Of a stretch of DNA of 64,000 nt, positions 40,670 to 55,581 are shown in pieces. Source of the stretch: the human T2T-CHM13v2.0 reference genome, Homo sapiens; assembly GCF_009914755.1 (NCBI RefSeq), contig NC_060934.1; one strand, given 5' to 3'. The position numbers and the translations under genes are program-made. The notes under the pieces are model-generated. The model did not search any database. It worked only from the letters and a program-made list of their open reading frames with translations, and was not told the DNA's origin. Each line of letters begins with the position of its first letter. The stretch's first letter is position 1.

Positions 40670-43600
40670 AAAATTATTATAAAAAACACATAAAAAATTA
40701 ATCATCATGTCATGTGTACAGTACACTAATGTTGACTCTATGCACATTGTTGTGCAACAGATCTCTACAACTTTTCCATCTTTTGCAGAACTGAACCTCA
40801 GTTCCCTTTGAAAAGTTAGACTACTTTAGATAACTCACAAACATGAAATCGTGAAACATTTGTCTTTCTGTGGCTGGCTTATTTCGCTTCACATAATGTC
40901 CTCAAGGTTCATCCATGTTGTAGCATATAACAGGATTTTCTTCTTTTTTAAGGCTGAACGAATTCTATTGTATGCATAGAAAACGTGTTCTTTAACCATT
41001 CATCCACGGATGGACATTTAGGTTGCTTCCACCTCTTGGCTATTGTGAGTAATGCTGCAGTGAACATGGGTGTGCAAATGTCTCCTTGAGGTCCTGTTTT
41101 CAGTTCTTTTGAATATATACTCAGGAATGGGATAGCTAGAGGATATGGGTAATTTATTTATTTTTTTTGAAGAACCTCCGTATGTTTCCATAGCAGCTAC
41201 ACCATTTTACATTCACAACAGTGCACAAGGGTTCCAATTTCTCCACATTCTTACCAACATTTATTATTATTATTATTTTTAATAATGGCCATGATATCTC
41301 ATTGTGGTTTTGATTTGCATTTCTCTAAAGATTAGTGATGTTGATAATCTTTTAATATGCTTGTGGGCCATTTGGATATCTTCTTTGGAAAGGTATTTAT
41401 TCAAGTTGTTTGCACATTTTTTATGGAGTTATTTTGTTGTTGTTGAGTTGTAGGAGTTCTTTATATGTTCTGGATATTAACCCTTTATTAGATATATGAT
41501 TTGCAAATATCTTCTCTCATCCTCTAGGTTGCCTTTCACTGTGTTGACTGCTTTCCTGTGCAGAAGTTTTCAAGTTTGATGTAATCCCATTTGTCTGTTT
41601 TACTATTGCTGCCTGTGCTTTTGGTGTGATAGCCAAGAAATATCGCCAAATCTAATGTTATAAAGCTTCTCCCCTGATTCATCCAGTAGTTTTATAGTTT
41701 CTGGGCTTATGTTAAAGACCTTAACCCATTTTTAACTAATTTTTATATATGATGTAAGGCTAGAGTCCAACTTTGTTCTTTTCCATGTGGGTATCCAGTT
41801 TTCCTGATACCATTTGTTGAAGAGACAGTCCTTTCCCTGTTGTGTAGTCTTGACACTCTTGTTGAATATCATTTGGTCATAAGACCTGAGAGTTTATTTC
41901 TGGGCTGTTTCATTCTACTGCTCTGTATGTCTTTCTTTATGCCAGTACTGTTTTGATTAGTGTAGCCTGGTAATATGTTTTGAAATCAGGAATCATGAGG
42001 CTTGCAGCTTTGCTTTTCTTTCTTTGTTTTGGCTATTCAGGATTCTTTTAGATGTCATAAGAATTTTGAAATTAAAAAAAAAATTTCTGCAAAATGCCAT
42101 TTGGATTTTGAAAGGGATTTCAATGAATCAGATCTCTTTGGGTAGTATAGACATTTTAACAATATTAAGTCTTACAATCCATGGCCATGGGATATCATGC
42201 CATTTATTTGTGTGTGTGTGTGTTTTTTTTTTTCCAGCAATGTCTTATAGCTTTCAGTGTACAAATTTTTGCCTCCCTGGTTAAGTTTCTTTTCAAGTAT
42301 TTTATTCTCCTTGATGATATTGTAAATGGAATTGTTTTCTTAATTTTCTTTTTTGTTTGTTCATTGTTAGTGTGTAGAAACACAGACAATTTTTTAATGT
42401 TGATTTTGTACGCTGCAACTTTGCTGAATTCGTTTATGAGTTCTGACAGTGTGTGTGTGTGTGTGTGTGCATGCATGCATGCATGCAAAAATTTTAAGGT
42501 TTTCTACTTATAAAATCATGCCATCTGTGAACAGAGATCATTTCACTTCTTCCTTTTCACCTGTTGGTGCCTTTTAGTTGTTTTTCTTGTCTAATTGCTC
42601 TGGTTAGGACTTCCAGTACTATGCTGAATAGAAGTGGTGAGAGTGGGTATCCTTGCCTTCTTCCTGATCATAGGGGAAAAGCTTTGAATTTTTTCTTGTT
42701 GAGTATAATGTTAACTGTGAAATTTTCATATATAGCCTTTAATATGCTGGGTAATTTTCTTCTATTCCTAGTTTGTTGAGCGTTTTTATCATGAAAGGGT
42801 ACTTAATTTTGTCAAATTCTTTTACTGTATCCATTGAGGTGACCATGAGATTCATTGTCCTTTATTTTACTAATGTAGCATATCCCATTGATTGATTTTT
42901 CATATGTTGAACCATCCTTGCATCCCAAGGATAGACCTCATTTGGTAATGGTGTGTAATCTTTTTAATGTGCTGTTGAATTCAGTTTGCTAGTATTTTTT
43001 TAGGGATTTTGAGGATTTTTGCATCAATATTTATCATAGATATTGGTCTATAGTTTTATTTTATGGTAGTTTCTTTGTCTTGTTTTGGTATTAGGGTAAA
43101 AATGGCCTCATAAAGTAAGTTTGAATGTTTCCTCTTCAAGTTTTTAGAAGAGTTTGGGAAAGGCTGGTGTTAATTCTTCCTTCAGTGTTTGCCAGAATTC
43201 TCCAGTGATGCTGTTTAGTCTTGGGCTTTTGTTGTTGTTGTTAGGAGATTTTTTTATTACTCATTCAATAATCTTACTAGTTATAGAGCTGTTCAGATTT
43301 TCATATTTTCATGTTCAGTCTTGGTAAGTTGTATGTTTCTAGGAATTTATCACTTTCTTCTAGGTTTCCCCGTTGCTGGTGTATGATTAGTTATAGCAAT
43401 ATCTTATTCATCTCATTATTTCTGTGGCATCAGTTGTAATGCCTCCTCTTTCATTTCTGGTTTTTGTTATTTGAGTCTTCTCTCTTTTTTCTTAGTCTAG
43501 CTAAGGGTGTGTCACTTTTGTTGATCTTATTAAAAAAAAAAAACCCAAATCTTACTCTTGTTGATTTTTTCCTATTGTGTTTCTAGTCTCTATTTCATTT

Positions 43601-44170
43601 ATTTCTGCTATGATCTTTATTATTTTTTCATTCTGCTAACTTTGAGTCTAGTTTTTCTTCTTCTTTTTCCAGTTCCTTGATGTATAAAGTCATGTTGTTG
43701 ATTTGATTTTTTTTATAGAAATATAGGCATTTTACTGTTACAAACTTCTTTTATATTAATGCCTTTGCTATATCCCATGGATTTTGGTATGCTGTGTTTT
43801 CATTGTAATTTGTCTCAAGATACTTTCTAAGTTCTTTTATGATTTATTTTTGACTCATTCATTGTTCAAGAATGTATTATTTTCATCTATTTGTGAATTT
43901 TCCAGTTTTCCTTTTGCTGTCGATTTCTAGTTTTATTACATTATAGTCAGAAAAAGATGCTTAATATTAGTTCAGTCTTCTTAAATGTGTTAAGACTTGT
44001 TTTGTGCTATAGGATATGATTTATCTTGGAGAGTGTTTTGCATATGCTTGAGAAGAATGTGTATTCTGCTCTTATTCTGTGGAGACCTCTGTATATGTCT
44101 CTTGGGTCCAGTTGGTTTGCAGTGTTGTTCACATCCTTTGTTTCCTTATTTATCTTCTCTCTGATTATTA
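40670..44170 (-). mobile_element. L1MB/L1MA-type LINE, ~3.5 kb (3'UTR plus degenerate ORF2)
   Basis: ORF 42204..42488(-) ELINEFSKVAAYKINIKK and ORF 44007..44249(-) EYTFFSS...SKINHIL are L1 ORF2 remnants; L1 3'UTR motifs at 40700-41250. Confidence 0.92.
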
Positions 44171-44179
44171 ATGAGTTGT

Positions 44180-44444
44180 CTTTTTTGTTTTTTAGAGTCA
44201 GTTTCACTCTATTTCCCAGGCTGGGGTACAATACATAATCATAGCTCAATGCAGCCTTGAACTGCTAGGCTCAAACTATCCTCCTGCCTTAGCCTCCTAG
44301 GTAGCTGGGACTATAAGTGTATGCCACTATGCTCAGCTGATGGTTTATTTTTATTTTTATTTTTTGAGGAGATGGGGGTCTCATTATGTTGTGCAGGCTC
44401 CTAGTCTTGAACTCCTAGCCTCAAGCAATTCTCTCACCTTGGCC
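44180..44444 (-). mobile_element. AluJ at the L1 junction
   Basis: TSD atgagttgtcttt. Confidence 0.9.
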
Positions 44445-46934
44445 TACATGAGTTGTCTTTTAAGGAGTGTTTGCAGAAGCTCTTTGCAGTACATTGGCTG
44501 AATCTCATTAGCTCTCTTTGGTCATGCTTACATGCAAAAAGGCTGGAAAATGTAGTCCAATTCCAGGTATCGTGCACCTCTAAAAATAAGGATTATATTC
44601 AGAAAAAGTGAAGAATAGATAATGGGGAGCAGACTGCATTGGGTCTAACATATTAGATCAGAATCTAATATTTTTAAGGTACCGAATGTATATCCTATCA
44701 CATCTTGATTTGGATGAGGCTTTTCATTTTATAGATGGAGGAAACTCTGAAGCCTTCCCTTGTGTGTCTGTGATATATGAGCTTTTAACTTCTCATTTAT
44801 GAAGTTACAATAGATATATAATTCTTACCTTATTGTGTGTTCTCTAAGAAGCACAGTAAAAATAAAATGAAGCTTTAAAAGTTTAAAATGATACTGCAGG
44901 GAATTCAAGATGAAAAAGATATACAATGCCAAATTACTTCCACCCATGTTGTTACATACCCTATTAACAGCATGCACAAGAGACAATTCTATTTCTAGAT
45001 TTTAGCACCCCATTTCATAATTTTTACTTGTGACGACCAGAGAATATGAAGTAGGAAGATGGCCTGTGGGGAGATATTATGCATTTTTGTTATTGAATCT
45101 CACCACTAAAAATTGTGTTTAGTAATCACTTCTCCATCACCTAAAAATTGGTAACAGGTAAAATTGAAACAAATTTCAGTAAGATAATTTTGTCATTGGG
45201 TACCTCACTTGAAATGTGCATTTCTGAGTGGAGAGGAAGATGGATGATTCTAGGCAATTTATACTAATTTCTACGTGTGCATCTATTAATTTTTGAAGAA
45301 ATACTGTTAGCGAAAACTGTAAATGTATAAAGTGGTTCTGATCACAGTGGAGGAATGGAATAAAAATTAAATTGAAAGCCTCTCATGTCAGGCTAAGAGA
45401 TCGTTTTAAAATCATCATGCTTATTTACAAAAGCTCTGTGAAACTGGTCTAAGTTAAAGAAGAAAGAAAATGAGTTTTAGATTAGAAGTGAGTTATGGCC
45501 CCTGCTTTTCCTAGCAGTATGTCCAGTTTATTCACAGTGTTCTCCGCAGTTCTGGGGCATTCTGGGGAAATCTGTTCAGGAATAACCCATGATATCTTCT
45601 TGGGGCTTGGAGAGAGTGGTAAACAGACATACTGTGGGTCAAACTTTGGGATATCCATCCTCTTTCAACCACAGAGTTAGACATTGATTTTTACATATTG
45701 AACTTCTGCATTAGCATTTCCCTGAAAAAATAAGTAGTTCTGAGGCAAAAGAAACAAACCATTGGACTAAATCATGCTGCTTTTATCTCTCCTCCAACAG
45801 AAGACTACATTTTAGAAGTCATTTTATCAAACTTTAGATCTTCTCATCCTTTTCCTTCCCACCACCTCTTTGTAGGCCTAAAATTTCATGAGTTATTCCT
45901 ATACTTTAAAATATATGCTTGGTAAAGGAAGATTTATCTTTGAGCAAATGAATAATTCAGAGGCTAGAATTTCCCTGAGATTAGTTTACAAAGTGAAGAC
46001 TCCAACCCAGAATTCAAATTTCTAGGGCAGAAAAGATGTTTGTGCTGTTTCCTCCACATAACAGAAATGCGACTGCGTTTTAGTGCTCATTGTGAACACG
46101 TTCTTGGAAAAAAGAGGTGGAATGCAAGTCCCAGCAGAATAGGCACATTGTATATGACAGATGCTACCCGCTTTCTGAAAAGACTCATAGTCCTCAGTTT
46201 TTGATGTAAGTAGGACTCATTACATCAAATCTCTCTTTAAGTTTTAAATAAACATAAAGTTGTTTCCAAAATAATACACCCCCTCTATAATTAGGTGGAG
46301 AAAACAACTGTTATCAGCCGTTGACTACACAAGATCTATATCAGTCCTTGATGCCTTCCTTGAAAATTCCATTTTTCTTATACATGCTTTGGATTATCTT
46401 AAAATTAGCTAGATTTGTTTTACATTGTGAAGATAAAGATTTCTCAAGTTTCCCAACTCTGTTGAGTCAACATTGAGCCCCTTATCTTTCCTCAATTCAC
46501 TGATCTAGCTGCAATTTCTCATGCAATTTCCAATTTTGTTTATGCCGTTTGAGGACCTCACATATACCAGGTGGACTTTCACATTATACTAACACATAAG
46601 GACTACGAGGACAGCAATAACTGTATCCAGATAGCCAATGAATAGTGAATTCAGCTATGATATAATTATCAAAATATAAATGTACAAGTGATTCTTTGAT
46701 TAGTCTTTTGAGGATTAATAACGAAAGAACCTAGAAACATTAATATTAATCACATTAGTTTTTAGAACATTAAAGTTAGAGTCTTCTAAATAAGAACATT
46801 TTCTACCGGCCAGTTTGTGTTTTCTCCCTATAACCTCTATTTTTGTGTCACATAATTTACCTTATCACATGGACATATTTTACACTTTACATCTCTTATT
46901 TATTTAAATTACACAAGTAGTAGTTGCATTAATT

Positions 46935-47208
46935 GCTGGGCATGGTGGCTCATGCCTGTAATCCTAGCAACTCTGGAGGCTGAGGCAGGAGGATTGCTTG
47001 AGAGCTCAAGACTAGCCTGGACAACATAGAAAGACCATGTTTCTACAAACATGAAAAAAATAGCCAGGTATGGTGACACATGTCTGTAGTTTCAGTTACT
47101 CAGGAGGCTGAGGCAGGAGGACTACTTGTGCCCAGGACTTTGAGGCTGCAGTGGGCTGTGATCTTGCCATTGCACTCCATCCTGGGCTACTCTTAAAAAA
47201 TAATAATA
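46935..47208 (+). mobile_element. AluJ with small deletions
   Basis: gctgggcatggtggctcatgcctgtaatcc...ttgaggctgcagtg. Confidence 0.9.
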
Positions 47209-49467
47209 ATTTGACGCATTAAGTTTTTGGGTTGTATGTGCCATCTTTAACAATTCAGGCTTCCCCCTTACTAATCTTGTGGAAAGCATCTCCTGAAATA
47301 ATCTCTTCCAATTTCCGACTAAAATGGCATTGAAGAGAGAAAAAGATGAAATCTTGCAACTTCCATCCCATTTCCATTGCATACCAGCAGGCAGCCTACT
47401 GCCTGGATCTGAAAGGGGATCAATGTAAAGATACTCTGCCTAGATTGTGAATAAAGCAGAAGTGACTTAACTTTCATAAGACCCATAAAGTAGACCAGTC
47501 ACACTGCCCCAAGAAAGGAAGAAAAACATTTCAGGCCATTGTTGTTTGCTGCTGGCCTCTGAGGCCAAAGGCTTCATCAGCTAGAAAACAATGTATCTCT
47601 TACCATTACAATCGTGGTGCTTTATACTGTAGTTAAGGTACATTCTTCCACTGATGATTTTTTTCTTACATTTACTCACAGCTTCCACCTCCAAGAGGAA
47701 AGTGGGGGGTGCTCTGAGGAAGCATGGGAACTACAGATGACTTACCACATTGTGACAAGTGTAGTCTCCACAGTTTTGGGGCTGTGACAGCAAGAACGTG
47801 ATTGCAGGTGCAGGTGTGCTGAGATGGTTATGCTCCAGTACTGAGAGCCATAGGACAGGAGAGGGAAGGAGAAGCTTCTACCCCCGTTTAACAGAGCCAC
47901 AGTGGATGAGTGATTTCTGTTCACCAGACACGCCTGTGACATCTACCTGTTTTTAACTTCAGACCTGAGAAGGTGATTTAACAGTCACTCAAATGGCAAG
48001 TAAGCAGACAAAAAGAAATCCACATGGCATGCCCAAGGGCAAGCGTCAGAAGAGACAACATAGAGCTCATAATATACAAAGAGCAGCAGTGCATTATCAA
48101 CCTAAATGTTTACAGAAAGAGTATGCTTCTGATATACCAACGATAAACTAAAATAAAATTTTAGAAAGTCATTGTATAGCTACAAGAGAGTTTTAAAAAT
48201 TGCATAATATGCAGTGTCTCAAGAAATATGTCACCATAACCTTTACTTGAAAGACTAAAAGAAAACTTAATTTGATTTTCAGAAAAAGAGTGGTGAATAA
48301 AAGTGTTTTAAAAACTGAAAAATTTTAGTATACATGGGGAAAATGTTGTTTGAAATGGTTAAACTTAAAGATATTGGTTAGAAATGTGATTATAAAACTA
48401 AATGATTGGTATAGGTTAGTAAGTGTCAGGGAAAGGAAAGTAAACAAAAGGCAATGATATGCCTCATCTTTTGTGGCAGGAGTCAAAAGATGCAATTCAT
48501 GCTGAACCTACATAGGCTGAAAAACAAGGCTGATCTTCCGTGAGTCAGAGGGAGTCAATTTGAATTATAGGATGAATGAAACTTCTACGTATCCTGAGCT
48601 CTAAGTCACAGATGGAAATTATCCCTTCCAGTAAAGCACCCATGGCACATTTTCAAAAACTGGAAATCTGTTTACCACAAGTACTGTGATATAAAGGCAA
48701 AATCCCTCAGTCTGGCATGATCTAGACCTCTGGGGTGTGACTTATTTTTGCATTTTAACCCTCAACCACCACTTCCCAGCACCAACCATAGTTCCATCCA
48801 GATTCCACTGCCCCTGAGCTCTAATGGTGCCCACCCCTGGGATGATCTCATTTCTACCTCCCCCAGACCTCCTTCCACATCCTCTGCAGAGAGGCCTTTT
48901 GTGGCTCACCTACTTCTCAGGGCTCTTTCTCTTCCTGAATCCTTGTTCTGGTCATTGTCTGAATATCTCACTTGTCACAACTGGATTGGACCTTATTTTG
49001 TCCATTGTTTTGTTTTTTTTCCATGACTTGGTGTTAATTCCTAGAAGGTCTGGATCGTATAATCTTTACTTTTCTTCTTCCTTATTCTCCTCACTCCCCT
49101 TCCTCCTCCTTCTTTTTCCTTCTTTTATCTCCTTCTTTCTCCTTCCTCCTCTTACTCCTCCTCCTCCTTCTAAGTCTTCCCCTGCGCTAGGCTGTAGCTC
49201 ACTGTTAATGCTTGGTTCACTGAATGAATGAAAACAAGAAAAGTTGTAAGAGCCTTAACCATAACACTGAGTTACATTTTGTCTTCCTTTCCTTGTTTTA
49301 AATTGCGATTTTGCCCATAAATGCATTCTGGAAATTGAGTCATTGGCATTTCATAGAACACATAATATCTTTGCTCTGAAAACAAAAGCAATCTTATACT
49401 TCAAATCTTTATAAAAGTAGAGTTAACTATAAGGCCACCTTTTACATCTTGATACAGTAGGGGATGG

Positions 49468-50244
<777 letters not shown>

Positions 50245-50364
50245 GATGGTGGTTTTATTAAGAAAAAGAAAAATAAAGGCACTCTTATATTTGTATGTTT
50301 ATATTAATTGCCCCGGAAGGCTCTTGGCAGCCTCAGAGGTTTTATAGCCCAAGTATTTCTGCAG

Positions 50365-50394
50365 GGAAGGAAGGGACATACCACATGATGAAAG
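50365..50394 (+). CDS. 30-nt symmetric coding microexon (EGRDIPHDE-R/S)
   Basis: gtatttctgcag| ... AAG|gtaagt (consensus donor). Phase 2-2; lies in a unique island between two LTRs. Confidence 0.5.
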
Positions 50395-50752
50395 GTAAGT
50401 TTTTGGTTTTCTGTAATCTGATTATAAGAAGGTTGTGTATGTGAGTGTGTGTCTATGTGTGTGTGTTTTAATAAGAATAACATGTGCAGCTAAAGCCATG
50501 GGATTATGCTCACAGGTTGCTACACTCATACAAAAATGAAAATATTTTATGAATACATGAGCTGTCCATCATGGGCGTGAATCTGCTGATTACCATAGTC
50601 TCTCATGCTCCGAACAGACTTCTTCATGAATTTTGAGTTATGCTTGGAAAATATCTTGCAGTTCAACAGGCCAAATATAAACCACGGGCTCTTGCTTAGG
50701 CACGGGCCTGGTCTTGCTTAGTATCGCCATCTTCCAAAACCTAATCTGTAAC

Positions 50753-51237
50753 TGTACTAGCTTCCTAGGGATGCTGTGACAAAGCACCACAAACTGGGTG
50801 GCTTAGAACAACAGAAATGTATTGTCTCATCATTCTGGAGGCTAGCACCAAGGTCTGGAGTCCAGGCAGGGTATCAGCAGTGCCATGCTGTCTCTGAAAC
50901 TATAGGGGAAGGACACTTTTTTTGTCTCTTCCAGCTTCTGGTAGCCTCAGCCAGTTCTTGGCTTGTGGTAGCATAATTCCAGTCTTGGTCTCTGTCTATT
51001 CGCAGTATCCACCCTGAGTCTCTTCATGCCGTCTTCTCTCTATGCATGTCCCTCTGTGTCCAAATTTCCCCTTTTCATAAGAACACTGTTTATGTAGGAT
51101 TGAAGCCCACTCCAGCAACCTCATTTTAATTCCATCAGCTCTCTAAAGACCTCATTTCCAAATAAGATTGCATTCTAAGGTACTAGGGTCAAGACTTCAA
51201 CTTATCTTTTTGGAGGTACACAATTCAACTCACAACA
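50753..51237 (-). mobile_element. MLT1C-type MaLR solo LTR
   Basis: tgtactagcttcctaggg...caattcaactcacaaca; 5-bp TSD GTAAC. Confidence 0.88.
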
Positions 51238-52589
51238 GTAACCAAAATGACTTTTCAGGCTGGTGCCCAGACTGCCTGTCATCTGACAGAATTTTCATGT
51301 ATGGCTGTTCTGGTTGCAAATAGCAGGGCCTCACTCTCCCCATTGGCCTTGATCCCATTGCTCATAGTGGCATTCTGACATTCTTACAATTTGTATAACC
51401 TTTGTGCTATCTAATTTGACCCGAAAGCCCCAGAGTAGGCATGTTCTATGAGTATGTTGGGTTTTTTTTTTTCTAGCAGGTAACATTTCCAGATTAGCCG
51501 AGCCAAATGATATGGTAACATAATAGATTTCCACCTTTGCACACCTGAAGTGTATGACCTAGTCTAATCACTGACTGTGGAAACAGTAGCTAATATGACA
51601 AAAGTGCCGTCGGGGACTTCAGCACTTCATTATCGCAGGGATGGCTTCCAAAGCTAACCCCCTCAGTGAGAAACTCAGGCATCCCAGATTCCAGGAGTTT
51701 TGGAATAGAACCCCGTATTTGTATTGTGTTGGATTGATAATATTAAGAAGTTTACTTAACTTCTCCCTCTGAGTGTGTTTCCATTTTAAAAATAGGAGTG
51801 TTAATGCCTCCTTTGCAGAGTAGAGAGTGCTCAACACATGGTAAGTGCTCCTTGTCTGAAGGTTGCTTATTCCACTCCCTAATCATAGTGGCTACAAAAG
51901 ATCATCCTTCAGACTCAAGTAACTGAAGCCTGTGGGCATTACATATTCTTGTACTTTTTCTTCTATTGTAAAATCTGCAGGACACTTGAAAGTTGTTGTT
52001 TATGTTGTTTGTGTTAAAACGCTTATTTTTTTAAGATGATTTTTAGATTCACAACAACATTGAGGGAAAAGCGAGATTTCCTATACAGCCCCTTCCCCTA
52101 CTCAGGCATAGCCTCACCCATTATCAACATTCCTCACCAGAGTGGTTCATTTGACTTTTAATAATCTCCAAACCCTTAGATTCCAGAAAAAAATGCATAG
52201 GTTGTATAGTAGGGAAGAAGGTCATAGTTTATATTTCTTGAGATTATACACTTTCTCTCTCAAACCAACGGTTCTGGCCATGTGAGGATTTTGTCACTCC
52301 CAGCTGATTTGGAGATCATCACTTTTGCAATGCAATGTGGAACTCTTGTCTGCGTTTAGCCCTTTCTGAGGACACATTCTGTGTTTTGCTAGACTGAGGC
52401 AAGTTCTTGTGCTTTTTGTTGAAACAGGCAGTGCTGTACAGTGGGAAGATGCTGGAGGTACAAAGGAAAGGCCAGGCTGTGAATCCTAACACTAGCACTC
52501 GTTAGGCAAGCAATTTCACTTTTACCAGCTTCAGTTTTCTCAAAGTGTGAAGTTAGAGGGCAACCTATAGGCCCATCCTCATTTCCCAC

Positions 52590-53190
52590 ACTGATTGCAA
52601 ATTTGTGGGTCTAATGCAAATTGCAAATATGAGAATCCTCAAAACTAGCCCTAGGTTCGATAATGCACTAGGAAGAACTCATAGAATGTGCTGAATGCTG
52701 TAATACTCACAGGTACAGTTTATTACAGGGAAGTGTTGCAGGTTAAAATCAGCCAAGGGTAAAGGGACATGGGGCAGGGTCCAAGAACATTTCCTTGTGG
52801 AGCTTCTAGTTGTCCTCTCCCCAGGGAGTATGGACAACTTTACTTTTCTGGCAAAAACATGTGACAATACACATAGGGTATTGTCAACCAGAGAAGTTCA
52901 GTCAAGCCCTGGGGTACAGAGATTTTACTGGGGCTCCATCACATTGACATAGTCGACCACCCACATGGCAGATCTCAGGCTCCTGTCTCTGAGAAGGCTG
53001 AGCTGATACCACATGGCTCAAAGCTCTCAGGCTGAATCATACTGTTAGGCTCTTCAGTGTGACCCAAGGCCCTCAGGTAAACAAAGACGCTCTTATTACA
53101 TATGAGAATCATAAGAAATTACCTCCAGGAAGTCAAGGACTAAGGCCGTACCTCTTTTGGGGCAAGGTTAATAAATTCTTTACTACACAC
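52590..53190. mobile_element. MER77/MER21-family ERVL LTR
   Basis: ggttcgataatgcactaggaagaactcatagaa...; ends taaattctttactacaca, like the 33960-35228 element. Confidence 0.6.
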
Positions 53191-55581
53191 ATAGATAGAA
53201 CAAGTGGGTAATCCTTAGCGACCTGTCTAGTCTGTAAAATCTACAGTGATGCAAATGTGCAGCCCTGCTTAAGGGCATAGCCACCGTCACCTTGTTTAGG
53301 AACTGTCAGATCTGCCCTCTCATGGCCAGATGGCTGCATCAGCCCACTGGTACTCTCTGTGTGATATGCCCGAGGGTTTAGGGATGTTTCAGAAGGCTAG
53401 TTGTATCTGGCAAATGGGTAACTCTTAATTATTGTATGACATTTTTTTCTGTATTTAATGGTTAAGATTTAGGGAAGGGGCAATATGTGAAAAAAACACG
53501 TTATGAGAATGTTTCACATTTAGACCTTGAGAAATTGGTATTTATTTATGCCAGTTACCTATGTCTCTGAGGTGCCAAGAGGATGAATTAATATTTTATT
53601 TCACTTGTGGAGATATTCAGAAACATTAAAGTCCTTGGTCCTCATGAGAAAAGAATTTTCTTGAGACTTGAAAGCATTACTGCAGACATTTTGCTAACAC
53701 ATTTTTTGTGAGCTGTGTTAATTGCACCTACCTTTATCAGTCAGAAGTTTTGCTGATTTAAATCAGATCCCAGCTAACCCAAGCGGGGCTGCACTGAAGG
53801 CCACATCTCTATTGCCCAGATTTCCCAGGGGACTCTGGAAATTAACCAGAAGCCCTCCTGCTCGAAGACCAACTCTTGAGGCGTATATGATTTGCATAGA
53901 GGTTCCAATGTGCCAAGTTCTTAGAAGTTTCTGGGAGCCATACAGATGATTACTATTCCAAATGTTCTCATCTTGGGTTCCACCCTTTTTATTCAATGAG
54001 ATTTGACTTTTCTACTTTTTCACTCCCATCTTCACCACACCAAAATTCATATCTAACAGTCATTGTGTATATTATGAAAGTTGGTCTCAATTTAGTCAAA
54101 CCTGGGTTTCAGGGGATATAGCTCACATAAAAAGGAATGGGAGGTATCATTATATGGAAATACCTGCTGTGTGCCAGAGCATCCTTTAAGGTATTTTGTT
54201 TTCTGTGATATTTTCAAACCCTCCACTTTACAGATGAGGAAAGTCAGGCCCAGAGAGGTCAAGAAAATCACTTCAGGCCAAACAAGGTCACATGGAAAAG
54301 TAGGGATTCCTGTGAACTCACCCTGTGTTCTTCCTACTCCTTCATGCTGCAGAAACTCTCCCTGAATCCAAATGATGCCGCTGCTGAAGTGTGGGCTGGT
54401 TAGAGTGCATCACACAGAGCCAAGCCTCATTGTACGGGAAGGTAAACTGCTGCCTTCAGATGGATTTTGTGTATCTATGGATATCATCAGTTGCCCAGCA
54501 TTTCTGTGTTATCTGAGAAGTATTTCATTGTATTACTGGCATGTTCATGGTGAATAAAATGGCAAAAGTGTTATTAAATTATATTCTTTGCTGTCCCCCA
54601 ACACAGCTATAAAAGGCAACGCTTTATGGAAAGAATGATACATTCAAAATTCAGTATTCATCTTTTGCTAACATTTTCCTGGTTTGTGTGTGTTTTTATT
54701 TGAATACATATTATTAGTCAATGTAGCCATAAACTGAAAACCTTTGTGTTTGAATTTTTGTAAATTGCAATCTTGCCCTTGAGAAAAAAAAAATTTAAAA
54801 ATGCTATTTATGCTTGTTACTACTAATTAGGGTGGACACAAAACAATCGAATATCTGGATTTGACCATTGGAGGGTTACAGATTGGTTAGAACATCAGCA
54901 TTTATCATATTTAGATGACTGATTCATTTGCAGCCAGTCATGTGGCTGCTGAAATTTTCCCTTAAGTCAACGTTTCTGATCTCCATATGTAGGAGAGTCG
55001 TACCACCGTTCAAATTGGCATTGATCAGGAAGGGCCAAGAGAATTTTCTTCTTCTCTTTCTGAAGTGGTTTTCTCAGGCAGGACTGAGAGAAGCTTCAAC
55101 AGTTGAACAGCTGTTGTCTGTCCTTTTTCCTCTCTGTAAAATATTTCCTGATTTGCACTGATTTCCCTTCCTGAGACTTGAAACAGCAAAACAGAAACAA
55201 ATTAGGTGTGTATCAGGAATGAAATACCTCCTGTTTATTGAGAGTTTAATAATAATCTTTGCAATTAGCGTTTGACATCCTGGAAACTCCTACTGCTGAG
55301 CTTATACACACACACAGAATTTTCAAACCCAATGTGGCCAACACCCCCACAGACACCTGGAGAATTCAACTGCTCCTAGAAAAAGTGGATTGGAATTATT
55401 TTATTCCTTTGCAAACTTTTTGTTGATCTCTAACCTATTGGGGTCCAAGCATGAAATGGCTCTGTTGTATTCAACTTCTGACACTTACCCTCCTTAAATT
55501 GGTCAGGAAGCCCCTTTTGTGACGTCTTGGATAAATTTTAAAACTTTTTGTTACAGTTGCTTATTTTAAGTCATGCCAGGT

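Noticed and set aside
44650-44671. 9-bp hairpin atattagat-caga-atctaatat
   Set aside because: Short and AT-rich, expected by chance in 64 kb, and too short for a pre-miRNA.
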